From Octopus sinensis (Eukaryota): 64,000 nucleotides of DNA. The position numbers and the translations under genes were made by a program. The stretch is from NCBI RefSeq assembly GCF_006345805.1, contig NC_042998.1, forward strand, positions 106,082,001-106,146,000, given 5' to 3'. Shown piece by piece: positions 25,814 through 38,130 of this stretch. Below the pieces are notes generated by a model that saw only the letters and a list, made by a program, of their open reading frames with translations, did no database searches and was not told where the DNA came from. Every line of letters starts with the position of its first letter. Positions within the stretch are counted from its first letter, which is position 1.

Positions 25814-26448
25814 TCTATATATATAAAACTGTAGTTGTGTGAGTGTCTGTCCCCTTCGATTTAGATTCCTAACTACTCCCACATTTTGCGGTGCAGTTTA
25901 ACCAAATTCGGGTAGCTTATAGTCGTGATTCATATCGAGCCCGTCTGAGTATTAGCGCGCGTCTACGATGAGTCTACGATTTAAAAATAATTTAACATCA
26001 TTTTTTATTCCATTTTAATGCATAATTTTTCGTGTGTCAATGGCGGTGGAGTTGGCGTCCACGCTCACACCTGCACCTGTGGGGAAGGGAGTGTAAGGAA
26101 ATCAACGTCGTAATGCGTTGTCAAGGAGACCAGCGTTCTTTTAGAACAACGACTTCATGGCTTGAAGACACCAAAACAGAAATGGCTAAGAAAGCGTCTA
26201 CATGAGTCTACGATTTAAAAAAAAAATTACCATCGTTTTTTTTCCATTTTAATGCATTTTTTCGCTATTATATAAGGGAAGTAACTCTCTAAAAATGTCT
26301 ACGATGAGTCAACGATTTAAAAAAAGTTTACCATCATATTTTTTCCATTTTTAATGCATTTTTTGCTATTTTTTGGCTATAACTCTCTAAAAATGCTTAT
26401 ATAGTTATTTCCCTTACAAACCCGAGCAACGCCGGGCAATACTGCTAG
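25814..26448 (+). mobile_element. Non-autonomous Helitron, complete (635 bp)
   Basis: 5' TC after A, 3' hairpin cccg-agcaacgc-cggg then CTAG followed by T, no TSD. Three internal copies of gtctacgatgagtctacgatttaaaaa. Confidence 0.85.
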
Positions 26449-26470
26449 TATATATATATATGTATGTATG

Positions 26471-26510
<40 letters not shown>

Positions 26511-26514
26511 TTAG

Positions 26515-26750
26515 AGCAGGGTGGGGTTGTAATTATTTGTATTTAGAAAATAGATTTAGTGGCTGGTGTTTGCAGATGAATATTGTACTGCTGTGTTCAT
26601 TGAGGCGGTCCATGGATTGCAAAATGGCCATGACTTCAGCTATGCAGAGATTACACTTGTTATATCCACTGTAAGGTTTGGCATGGGTGATTATGGACCA
26701 TTTGAGAGTGTAAGGGGTTGAAACGATGTACTGTTAGATTTTGGGATCTA
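26515..26750 (-). mobile_element. Penelope-like GIY-YIG C-terminal fragment
   Basis: KWSIITHAKPYSGYNKCNLCIAEVMAIL. Confidence 0.7.
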
Positions 26751-27236
26751 GTTTTTTTTATTCGCAAAATATTCATTTTTTAAAAGGAAATAAAAAAAGA
26801 TCCGTAAATTGGCTTTAATAATGTAGCCTTTCAGTCTCATTTCTTTGAAGGTATGATGTTGTAGAGAAAAAAAATTGGAGAAAAAAGTTACAGAGGTTTA
26901 AAAATCGGAAAAACTGGGTATTTTTAGCCAATAGCAAGGCAGAAATTTTCTGTGTTTAGCAGAGCGGTGTCAACTTTAAGGCTGTACCCTGTGAAATTTA
27001 TAGTTTAGCATCTGACCTGTTCATTGTAGATTTCGAAATAAACATAAATACCTAATAAAATCAACATGTATCATCTTACTCTTTCTTTTGTCTCTTCATT
27101 AATTGTATGTTTTTATCATTTTTAAAAATTTGTTATATTAATATATTTGTCTGCATGTGTTTACTTTATGTGTACTTCAGTATTATGTATACCTGCCATG
27201 TGTTTATGTATAGCATTAATATATAAGTCTGTGTGA

Positions 27237-27272
<36 letters not shown>

Positions 27273-27278
27273 GCGCAC

Positions 27279-27318
<40 letters not shown>

Positions 27319-28074
27319 AAAAAGGAGGCCACTGTCTCCAAAACTCCAAAGTTGAGTAACGTTTTCATGCTTGGATTTGTAAACTATGATAAGAATACCA
27401 CTGGTCAACAAAGAATTTAACCCAAGGAAAAGAATACCTGTACCTTATATGTTTTTGCATGCAGAATTCAAAAATAATGTCAAATTATCTTTATCACCCA
27501 CAGTTTCTCTATTCCACAATATATCCCTCTCACTTCCTGTTACGTGGGCTAAATTTCAGTTAAGTTGTTGAAATGTGAAGCTAACAGTTTAAGAAATTCT
27601 CTTGATTTAAATTTTTTATGAATAGAATTAACCTAGTGAAATCATAAATCCAGCTATGAGTCAATGAGTCCCAAAAATATATGAAATGAAAAATATGTAA
27701 AAATACTAACACACAGAAGCACAGAAAAATATGTAGTATACTAAACACACATAAATTAAAACATGTGGGTGAAATCAACATAGACAACAGCAGCACAGAC
27801 AACAGTGAATCACAACACAGCATGTAGATGTCATGGTAACAAGCTACTAATTCCACGCTGTCTGGTGATTGGCTAACATTGCCCAAATTTCCCAACTTCA
27901 ATTCCAAATAATATCAGATTCTTTAATTTACGAGATAAAGTAATTGGTTGATTGTAATCAAAATTCAGAGTTACATCAATACACCAAAATTGAAAGCAAT
28001 CTGAACCAAATTAAAGGGGAGCTCATTTTGTGAATGAAAAAGACTAGATTCAGATTTTGTTTGGGATTTGAAGT

Positions 28075-29700
28075 TAGAGTAGTGATTGCTCACTCCACAT
28101 GAGCCAATGTAAATCTAGTTGCAGTTGTTAGTTGATACTGTGCACTTCTAAACTATATTTTTAGTGAGACAGCGATTATCTAAAGGACAGGAGGTTGGGC
28201 GTCTGCAGCTGCATATGTTTGTAGAGGGTATTCTGGACAAGCTTGTGAGGGGTTTGTTATTTAGTGAGGAATCGATGTTCAGTTTGTTATTATAGTTGGT
28301 GCTAAAATTATCATTTGATAATTAGTTGAGAGTGGTGTTGTTGGTTTGTATGATATGATGATTATTGTATCTGGTGGAATCCTCTAGGATGTTCCCTATT
28401 ATGACAGGAGATATATTTGGGCATTGTGGTACATCTAAGGGTCAGGTATTAGCACTGGCATTATGGTTGTAGTTAAGAAGGTTAGTATTGTTAAGGGGTT
28501 CAGTTGGTGCATTGGGTTTATATGCATGGAGTTGGGCGTTATGTTGAATTAATTTTACTAGAGTTGGGGTTAGCCATTGGTGGATTTCAGAGTTTCATGT
28601 TGTAAAGATTTCTGATAACTCTGGCAATATTGATGGTGGAGTAGGACAATTTTATAGATTGGGGGTTAAATATTTTTCTTATGGGGTTTTTCAAGTAGAG
28701 TGAAGAAGAGTTTGGGTACTCGAGTCTGGATGTTAAGGGCGAGTGGGGGTGGAACCTGATGATGTCTCGGATTCTAGTTCGTTTAATCTGATTAGTGGGG
28801 TTACCTGGGTGGAGATAGGATTTTAAAGGTGTATGTTGGTGTCTGTCTTGGTGGATTGTAGTATTTATAGGATTAGAGGTTATCAGGTAGGGCAGTCATT
28901 TGTTAGGTCTTTGCTACTCCAATATTTGGATGAGTATTGGTGGGGTGGGAAAGTGGGGGTTACGTTTATAATATGGGGATTGGGAACTGGTTTAGTTGAG
29001 AGAGGAATGTCCCACATGGGTATGTATTCAAGTGAGTGTTTATATCCGGCACATTGTCGGGTACAGTTGTAGTATTCAGCATATTGATCGAATAAATCTT
29101 GATTAGCAGATAATGAGCAGATCCAGAAGGACATGCTTTCTACAATAGATTTTAGGATGGAGTGGGGAAGGATTCAGGAGAAGTTCTCATATAGGAAGTT
29201 TTCCCCAAATTTGTAGTATGGGTTTGGTTTGTAAGTCCAGGGTAACGTCTAAGAAATTAGCAGTTTTGATGTTGTTACAGAAAGAAATGCTGAGGCCAGC
29301 ATTTTTAAAGAAGCATCTCAATCTTTTTTTGTCTGTTCAATTATCTGGTTACAAGAATTTGGATACTGAACAGAGCGTCATCTCTGTATAGACCACTGGA
29401 GATGTTGGGAAATTGTTCATGGAAACTGCTAAGTAGGTAGAGTCCAACGTGGTCAGTAGCTTGGGTGGATCCAGCCTGCAAGGTCAGTTCATCTGGTCTG
29501 TTGCTACACTGTACCTTTTGTGTAAGTACCTGCAATGAGAGTTCATTTGCCTCTGGTATGGCATCAGTGTTTGGAACAACTTATGTCTGTGAGCAAGTGT
29601 AAAGTCAGCACATCGAACGAGGTTGACTGATGAACATTTGAAAGCAATTCCCTTGGTTGGATGCAGCAATCCCAAACCAAATATTGATATCTTAAAAGCT
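28075..29700 (-). mobile_element. Penelope-like element, degenerate RT + GIY-YIG
   Basis: DHVGLYLLSS...GLYRDD (RT); CSCRRPTSCPLDNRCLTKNIV*KCTVST...IYIG (GIY-YIG linker and domain); many stops. Confidence 0.85.
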
Positions 29701-30152
29701 AAACGCCAGTTACACAAATCTCACTTACCTTTTTTGTTGCTTAGTTTGTGAGATTCAGATATTTGCACACTGGGTGAGATATAACTATTTGATTGCTAAC
29801 ATTGCCTTCTTTGATAACTTTTTGGTAAATGAATATGCTAGTTGTGTTTATTTTTTGTGTATTCACTGTATTGTATTAAACAAAATAGTTATGAAGCCCA
29901 CACTCATCATTCTCTCGGTTATCTGGCCCATTACGAAAAAAGTTTCGTGACCCCTACAGAAACATAGGCATTGAGTGTAATGAATGTGCAAACAGTGATA
30001 TCAGAAAGCAATAACAAAAACCATAGCAAATAAACCCGTTCAAACATTGTGCCAAATTCCTCATTAGAAACACAACTCCAATTGTCTAAAAGTTTGACAA
30101 CACAAAATGTAGAATCTGCATCAGCCTTATAGAAGACATAAATTTAAATATA

Positions 30153-30331
30153 CATGACCTGTGCTGGTGGCACGTAAAAAGCACCCACTACACACACGGA
30201 GTGGTTGGCATTAGGAAGGGCATCCAGCTGTAGAAGCACTGCCTGATCAGACTGGAGCCTGGTGCAATCTCCTGGCTTCCCAGATCCCCGGTCGAACCAT
30301 CCAACCCATGGAAAACAGACGTTAAACGATA

Positions 30332-30369
<38 letters not shown>

Positions 30370-30370
30370 C
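30153..30370 (+). mobile_element. RTE 3' terminus
   Basis: Conserved terminus plus a long (GAT)n tail. Confidence 0.88.
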
Positions 30371-30497
30371 TTCCCTGTAATAAAGTATTTCACTTGTTCA
30401 TCAAAAACTTTACTTTATGCCATGAATTGTCATGGTGTAATGAAAACTGGCTTTGTAAAACAGGCTCATTAACCATAGGCAACAAATATCCTATATG

Positions 30498-30836
30498 TAG
30501 GAGTGGCTGTGTGGTAAGTAACTTGCTTACCAACTACATGGCTCCGGGTTCAGTCCCACTGCATGGCACCTTGAGCAAGTGTCTTCTACTATAGCCTCGG
30601 GCAAACCAAAACCTTGTATATGTATATGTGTGTGTCTGTGTTTGTACTCCCAGCATCACTTGACAACCGATGCTGGTGTGTTGACGCCCCCGTAACTTAG
30701 AGATTCAGCAAAAGAGACTGATAGAATAAGTACTAGGCTTACAAAGAATAAGTCCTGGGGTCGATTTGCTCGACTAAAGGCGGTACTCCAGCATGGCCAC
30801 AATCAAATGACTGAAACAAGTAAAAGAGTAAAAGAG
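30498..30836 (+). mobile_element. SINE family A
   Basis: tRNA-like head, GGCACCTTGAGCAAGTGTCTT, (AAAAGAGT)n tail; short internal deletion. Confidence 0.9.
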
Positions 30837-31383
30837 ACCATAACTAAATACAGCATTAACAGCGTATCAAATAGATATGTAATAGGTCTCTAACTAGAAT
30901 TTGAAACTATGATTCAATGTTTTCCAGTTGAGAATTCTTTGAAAACACCAACCAGGCTTTTTAAACTGAGTAATGTTGTCATCAAGAAACTGACCAATAG
31001 TGTTCTTTGGTAAAAACTTCAGCAGAAAGAAATTAAGCAATGGAATTGCACAGATATTTTTTAATAATATAGTGGAGGGAAGTAACCAACCAGGATTATT
31101 CAACCATCATGTAAAGCTATTCAAGAACTTCCTGAACAGAAAAAGAAAAAAAAAACACAACCAAATGTAACGTCAGGTGTATTTTGACATTCAGCTTTAT
31201 TTAGCAATGTCAAATACGAAGAACTACGACACAACCGTTCTATATTAAGCACCCACTGAAATTTAGAGTCAGGATGATTATAGCATAAAACTCTTTATCT
31301 CACATTATTTTTGAAAAATCAGGAACTTATGACACCAGTTAAGTAAAATAAATAGATTTTCTTCAAGTGCATTTTTTACATTC

Positions 31384-31593
31384 TCTTATTCTTTTACACG
31401 TTTCAGTCATTTGACTGTGGCCATGCTGGAGCATTGCCTTTAGTCGAACAAATCGACCCCAGGACTTATGCTTTGTAAGCCTAGTACTTATTCTATCTGT
31501 CTCTTTTGCCAAACCGCTAAGTTACGGGGACTTAAACACACCAGCATCGGTTGTCAAGCAATGTTAGGGGGACAAGCACAGACACACAAACAT

Positions 31594-31648
<55 letters not shown>

Positions 31649-31826
31649 TATATATGATGGGCTTATTTCAGTTTCCATCTATCAAATCCATTCACAAGGC
31701 GTTGGTTGGCCCAAGACTATAGTAGACTATAGTAGCCCAAGGTGCCATGCAGTGGGACTGAACCCATAACCATGTGGCTGGTAAGCAAGCTACTTACTAC
31801 ATACCCACTTCTGCTCATATATATAT

Positions 31827-31864
<38 letters not shown>

Positions 31865-32010
31865 CCGGTTTCTTTCAGTTTCCATCTACCAAATCCACTC
31901 ACAAGAGTTTGGTCAGACTGAGACTATAGTAGAAGACACTTGCCCAAGGTGCCACACAGTAGGACTGGATCCAGAACCATGTGGTTGGGAAGCAAGCTTT
32001 TTACCACATG
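31384..32010 (-). mobile_element. SINE family A plus a second adjacent head (31866-32010)
   Basis: A full copy at 31384-31816, then (CA)n, then another head segment in the same orientation. Confidence 0.82.
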
Positions 32011-32698
32011 CATGCATGTTTGTGTGTATGTGCATGCGTGCGTGTGTGTGTGTGTGATCATTCAGGTGTTTTTTTTCGTTTGTGATTACTGTGCATTACT
32101 TGGTTGTTTATTTTAACAGTGCTGTCTTATGAATGTTGATTCTGTTTTTAATCATCTATTTTTTTAGGTATTCTCTAGAGTATAGATGTGTTGTCTTATA
32201 TTTTCCTACGTAGTTCTGCGTTGTCTTGTGTGGTAGTGTGCACTATAATTGCTTCTTGTATTTATACACATATATATATGCAGCTGGCACTTCACACCAT
32301 TGCGTCTTAGAATTTCTTACTCTTTCCATTATTTCATGTAAAATTATTTGATGCCAACAAATGTAGAGATATGCAAGTAAGCAAAAGAAGTGCTTGTTCT
32401 TCATCATATTTTTGAAAAGTAGTTGCAAAGTACTATCTCTTTCCGCAGATTTATACCAAGCAAACAATGAAGTGCAGCATATAAATATGGCAGTAAATTC
32501 TTTTGTTCTCTTATTCTTTTACTTGTTTCAGTCATTTGACTGCGACCATGCTGGAGCACTGCCTTAAATAATCATACTGTTTTTGTTTTCTGTTTTCTTT
32601 CCATTCTCTTCTCCACAGGAAGACATATAACTTCACCAATGGGTCTATTACTGCTAGCACAGTACACAAAGATGATGTCTCAATATTTTACTAATGTA

Positions 32699-32741
<43 letters not shown>

Positions 32742-32750
32742 AGCATACAT

Positions 32751-32826
<76 letters not shown>

Positions 32827-33027
32827 TCATCTCCTTGTTTTCTGTTACCACTCTATACTCATCTAACATTGTGTTCTGTCCATACATATATTGAGTTCTA
32901 CACCAGGTTGTTAGTCACACTATGCCTAAGCAAAATATTAAAATATATATATAGTATATATACTACATATGTGATTATTAGTCTCACTATGCCTAAGCAA
33001 AATATTAAAATATATATATATAGTATA

Positions 33028-33923
33028 TCTACTACATATGTGAGAAATTTTTGTCTGTAGGTGTGTTTGTGGAGTTGTTAGCTAACTCTTCCTAAATCAT
33101 TTTATCGACTTTGATGAAACTTGACACATAAGTAGAACTCATGTCTGGGAACCTCATGACATACTCAGATTGTTGAAAAAATCCATAATAGGGCCCCTGG
33201 ATGGTATCCTTATATATATTTCATTTTAACAGTCAAGGGAAATAACCCATTAGCCCAGATTTTAACAGCCAAGGGAAATTACCCATTCATTTTCCTATAT
33301 CATTCGGTATAAATCAAATTGAGTATGCTTATTTCTTAGTATTTGAACATGTTAGAGTTATTTTTGCAATTTATCCAGTACAACCCTTAGAAAGTATATA
33401 CTATTTTCCTAAACAATAGATCCACTTATTTCTGTTAGTGACTTATTCACGTATATACCAACACTAGCACCACTGAGGGTAGTATTCTCCGGGAATGCAC
33501 AAAAGCCCTTTTCAGAGTTATTTACTTTGAATTGTTATTATCTCATATTTGATTAGCCTGTTATTATGTAACATCGTTCATGATTTTAGTATACATACCT
33601 TATTAGTATTTCCTCCTAAGTTCTATACACTCTGGAAATGCATTAATGCTTTTTGCGGGGCTACTTTATTTGAATTCTTACTATTGGGTAACTAATTTCA
33701 TATTATTACATAACTGGCTTCACAATTTGGGTATTCATAACTTATTGGAATTCCTAAAAATAAGATCCTGAGTAAGACAGTTCAATATTCTCAGTAAATG
33801 CACAAGAACCGTTTTAAGGGCTACATACTTTGTATTGTTGTTATTGGATTAGCAAAACAATTATGAGAACAGAACCAAGAGATAAGCCCCACTTTCCTGG
33901 GAATTAGTGGGTATGTCAGCTAG
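33028..33923 (+). mobile_element. Non-autonomous Helitron (~900 bp)
   Basis: A|TC start (tctactacatatgtgag...tgtctgtag); 3' hairpin cccact-ttcctgggaatt-agtggg, then CTAG|T. Confidence 0.7.
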
Positions 33924-34177
33924 TATATATATATCTATATCTTGCTAGCCATCTATCTATCCATCTATCCATCTGTCTATATATATATATATTATATATA
34001 TATATATATCGTGAAGTATATTTGCCACTTAAATGTGGCTAACCCTTAAGGGTGGATGCTACTGTAGCTTGTAGCCCCAGGAGGACACCTCCTCCAGCTG
34101 GCTATTGACACACTTTCTGTGCCCTATCAGTATTTGCAAAGGGAAGCCATCCTTCCCATCTCCAGCTTGACATGATA

Positions 34178-34222
34178 CACACGGACCTGAGTTTCTGGGT
34201 ATTGACCTTTCATCAGCATGTG
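34178..34222 (-). ncRNA. Type I hammerhead ribozyme motif (stem II base degenerate)
   Basis: cacatg-CTGATGA-aaggtcaataccca-GAAA-C-tcag-GT-C-cgtgtg: 6-bp stem I, GUC triplet. Confidence 0.62.
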
Positions 34223-34233
34223 ACAATCACTGG

Positions 34234-35888
34234 TTTATCTCTTTATTACAGGCACAAGGCCTAAATATAGAGGGGACATACAAAGACATGCGGGAACATA
34301 AAACACATGAAGGATGATATGTGAAATGATATATAAATAATGCAAATGAGACGATGAATACCTTTTTACACTTAAACCTTTCGATGACGTTTAGTTTCAC
34401 TCTGAGTTGAAACTGCGACTTCTTCCTTTGTTCTTTGCCTTATCATTATAACTTTTACAATAAATGTTTATAATGTTCTTTCTTAATTTCTTTTTTTTAC
34501 AACAAAAAAAAACTGTTTATCATAGTTTACCAAAACTTAAAGAAACTTGTTCATTAACAGTTCAAATTTACATTATTTTCGTCTTTTTTTTTTAAAGTCT
34601 GTAAAGTTCAAACTATAATACTTTTTTTCAGTTATAGTCTTTTCACAATTCAAATTACCTACCATTTAGTATCCTATCTTACTATATTTTTCCTTCACAT
34701 TTTTGTTTTCTGCATTGTTTCCTTTTCCTTCCATTTTCCCATTGTTCTTGTATTTCCCTCCTCAAGTCTGCGAATTCATTCACTTGTACGGCCATTCCTT
34801 CCTGCATTTGCATATCTATGCATTCATCAGACTGCAATTCTGTGTTTTTCCTCTGTGCATTTTTATCATTTGGTTTCCACGATTCTAGGTTTTCTTGCTT
34901 TTTCTCTGCATCACTCTGCAATTCCAACTCCTTCTCTGTTGCTTCTATTGATGGTTCTTCTGTATTTTTTGTCATGGATTGTATTTCTTCTTCCGTTCCC
35001 TTGGTTCTTTTTTGCCTCTGCTGCCTTTTCATTATTTTCCATTTTTCTTACTACTTCTTCCAGTATATACACTGCCACCATTTTCATAATTGTATTAATG
35101 CAATTCCTTCTCATGTGCCCTCTATTGCTACATTCATAATACTTTTGGGGTCTTCCTTGCAATATTACTTCTAGTTTCTCTCCTGTTTGTAGTTCCACTG
35201 TTTCGGGTAACTCTTTGTAATATTCTGGGGTTACGGTGCAGACCACTTCTATGCCATATCCCCAGAAATTCAAGTTTTCAGTCCTGCTCACAATCTGAAC
35301 TCTTAACTTTGTATTTCCTTTCAGTAAATTATCACCAAAAATCACTACTATCACCCATTCTGGTTCTATCATTGGTGGGATTTTTCCTACCCTGATTCTG
35401 ATGAGTCTTTTTCCTGGAGTGTTTGGTATTAGTAACCATTTTTCTCCTTCTATTACTTGTCTCTTATTCGATCTTGCATCTTCTTCCGTTGCAAATGTAA
35501 CCATTATTGTCCCATATTCCCTTCCTCTTGTATTTCTTCACTTATACTTTCCAGTAGTAATTCTTCAATTTCTTCTTGTGGTGCTTTTCCCATTCTTCTG
35601 TTTTCGTTAGAGAAGGTTCTGAATAATATTGTTTTGTTCATAAATTTTCTTTTTTCGTCTTCTGGCATAATTAGTTTGATATTGGTTTCTTCTTTCTGTG
35701 CCATGCGGCAATAATTTCTCAGCTTCTTCACGTCCCACTCCATATTCTCCTGTTTCAGCATACATGAGTTCTCGGTTTCCTGCATTCCAGCAGTCTCCAC
35801 ATAGCTCTTCATTTCAGTCTTTTCCATTCAGCCCAACAATGCGGTCCCGCAACAAACTCAGTCTCACTTTCAAAACAAACAACAAAAA
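34234..35888 (-). mobile_element. ORF1-only (gag/ORF1-like, CCHC) non-autonomous retroelement, copy 1
   Basis: Frameshifted ORF ~35827-34682 (LFRTFSNENRR...TPGKRLIRIRVGKIPPMIEPEW...YECSNRGHMRRNC, charged C-terminus), ~400-bp AT-rich UTR and AATAAAGAGATA tail. No RT or endonuclease motifs. Confidence 0.72.
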
Positions 35889-35902
35889 GTGATGAGCACC
35901 GG

Positions 35903-37637
35903 TTATCTCTTTATTTCTTTATTATAAGCACAAGGCTTGATATATAGAAGGGACATACAACGGATATGCGGGGACATAAAGACGGATGAAAAATGATAAA
36001 TGAAATGATAAATGAACATAAATATGATTCAAATGAGATGGCCACTTCGCCCCCGCTGAGAGATGAACCATGAATACCTTTACAATAAACTTTATGATTA
36101 GACTTTACGATTAAACATACTATTAAACTTTACAATGAACTTAACAATTAGACTTTACAATTAACTTTAAAACTACCTCTAGTTTCACTAAAATGTGAAA
36201 CTGTGACCTTTCCTTTCATATTTTCCTTTAATTTAACCGTTCATATGTGTCCTTTTACAACAGAAAATTAAACTCTTTTTTTACAACTTTTAATTACTTG
36301 TCCATTCATCAGTTCTTTTTCCATTATTTTCTTTTTGTTTAACATAATTTACAATGTTCACATTCTTTTCTTCCAGTTGTAATTTTCCCACAATTTATCA
36401 TATTAACCTTTTTTCATCCCATCTCGTTATGTTTTTCTCCATGTTTCCTTCGTCTTCTGTTTCCTTGCTCTTCTAGATCTCCTCTCCACTGTAATTCGAT
36501 TGTCTGTATTTTTTCGCATTCTTGCGACTGCAATTCCTCACCTTTCTTCTGTATACTTTTGTCATACGCCTCCTGGCTCTTTTGCTCAATTTCCTCATCG
36601 CTTTGTACTTCCACCTCCCCTTTTGATATCTGTTATTGGTTCTTCTACATTTTCTATTTTTTGTTGCATTTCTTCTTCCATACTTTTGCACCTTTTTATT
36701 TCTACTGTTGTTGGTGACTTCTTTCTTTTATGCTTTCTGCTTTTTGTCTCTTCTAGTCTTTTTTTTTCTGCCAGTCCTCTTTTCCTTTGTTCTTTCATTA
36801 TTTCTTCTTGTATTTCTCTTGCTATCTCCACAACTGATTTACAATTTTTTATTTTGTGCCCTCTTAGTCCACACCTGTAACACCTGGGTAGTCTTCCCAT
36901 AAGTATTATATCCAGCCTCTCCCCTGTCGGCATCTCTATTGCTTCGGGTACTTCTTCGTAATATTCTGGGGTTACAGCTCCGATTATTTCAATGCCATAA
37001 TCCCAGAAATTCCGGCATTCGGTTCTGTTTACCAGCTGAATCTCCAATTTTGGACTTCCTTTTCACAGCTTCAAGCCAAAAACGGCCACTGTTACCCACT
37101 CAGGTTCTATCGTTGGAGGTACTCTTCGAACTCTAATTTTTATCAATGTCTTCCCTGGAGTGCTAGGCAATAGTGACCATTTCTTCCCTTCTATCACCTG
37201 TTTACAATTTGTCACTGCATCTTCTTCCCTTTCAAATATGGCTTCCACTGTCCCGTATTCCTTTCCTCTGTTGAGGAAGATTATTTTCTCTTCAATGCTG
37301 CTCGTAATTAGTTTTTCTATTTCCTCCTCTGGAGCTCTCTCCACTCTTCTATTTTCATTCGAAAAAGTTCGAAAAATTAGTTTTCTTCTAAATTTCTTCA
37401 TCTCTTCTTCAGGCATGAATAGTCTTACTTGTGTTTCTCCAACTTCCACCATGCTGCTGTACTTTTTCAATTTCTTTACATCCCATTTCATTTGTTCCTG
37501 ATTTAGTCTGCATGTATTCTTGGTTTCCCACGTTTCTGCAGCCTCTGCATACGTCTTCATTTCATCTGCTTTCTTCATTCCGCCTAACATGGCGGCTTTG
37601 CATTGAGTCAGCCTCACTTTCCAAAAAACGCAGAAGA
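35903..37637 (-). mobile_element. ORF1-only (gag/ORF1-like, CCHC) non-autonomous retroelement, copy 2
   Basis: Frameshifted ORF ~37590-36414 with an intact zinc knuckle CYRCGLRGHKIKNC. Colinear with copy 1, same UTR motifs and tail. Confidence 0.75.
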
Positions 37638-37786
37638 GTGACGAGCATCAGTTGTCGATGTGAAGTGGTTTTCAATGCAAACATACATATCCTTTTTCCA
37701 GTGACGAAATGTCACCGATCTCAAAAAAGTGTAAACAAGCAATAATAAATCTCTGAGCGAGGTATAAACAGTAGCTGCATGACATT

Positions 37787-37839
37787 GTGAAGTATATTAG
37801 TCACTTAAATGTCCCTTAAGCATGGATGCTACTGTAGCT
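37787..37839. repeat. Direct repeat of 34011-34069
   Basis: gtgaagtatatt-g-cacttaaatgt-(6-bp indel)-cccttaag--tggatgctactgtagct at both ends of the 3.8-kb composite. Confidence 0.85.
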
Positions 37840-37859
37840 CGTATATATGTATATATATA

Positions 37860-37907
<48 letters not shown>

Positions 37908-37944
37908 ATATATGCGACTATGTAGAGCCAAAGATATATACTAC

Positions 37945-38130
37945 AATATACAAGGGGTGTTCATTAAAGATTTCCCCCGGTCCACTTCCCAAAGTCTGGG
38001 ATAAATGAAACTTGGTATTATTATTAGTCCTTCTCTATATAGCCACCACCAATGGTGATACACATCTCCCATCACTTTATGCTGGGAAAACCTCGTCTGT
38101 AGAACTTCTACGTAGAGTCAGGGATATAGT
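37945..38130 (-). mobile_element. mariner 3' terminal fragment
   Basis: The minus strand resembles the transposase C-terminus (KFYRRG...). TIR-like tacaaggggtgttcattaaag. Confidence 0.55.

Noticed and set aside
26750-28070. Possible DNA-transposon termini (for example ttaaaggggagctc, Kolobok-like)
   Set aside because: No matching second terminus or ORF found.
34682-37617. Host tandem gene duplication or LTR-retrotransposon gag
   Set aside because: No introns, LTRs, PBS or pol; both copies are frameshifted; the SINE-shared tail favours a non-LTR mechanism, though this is not proven.
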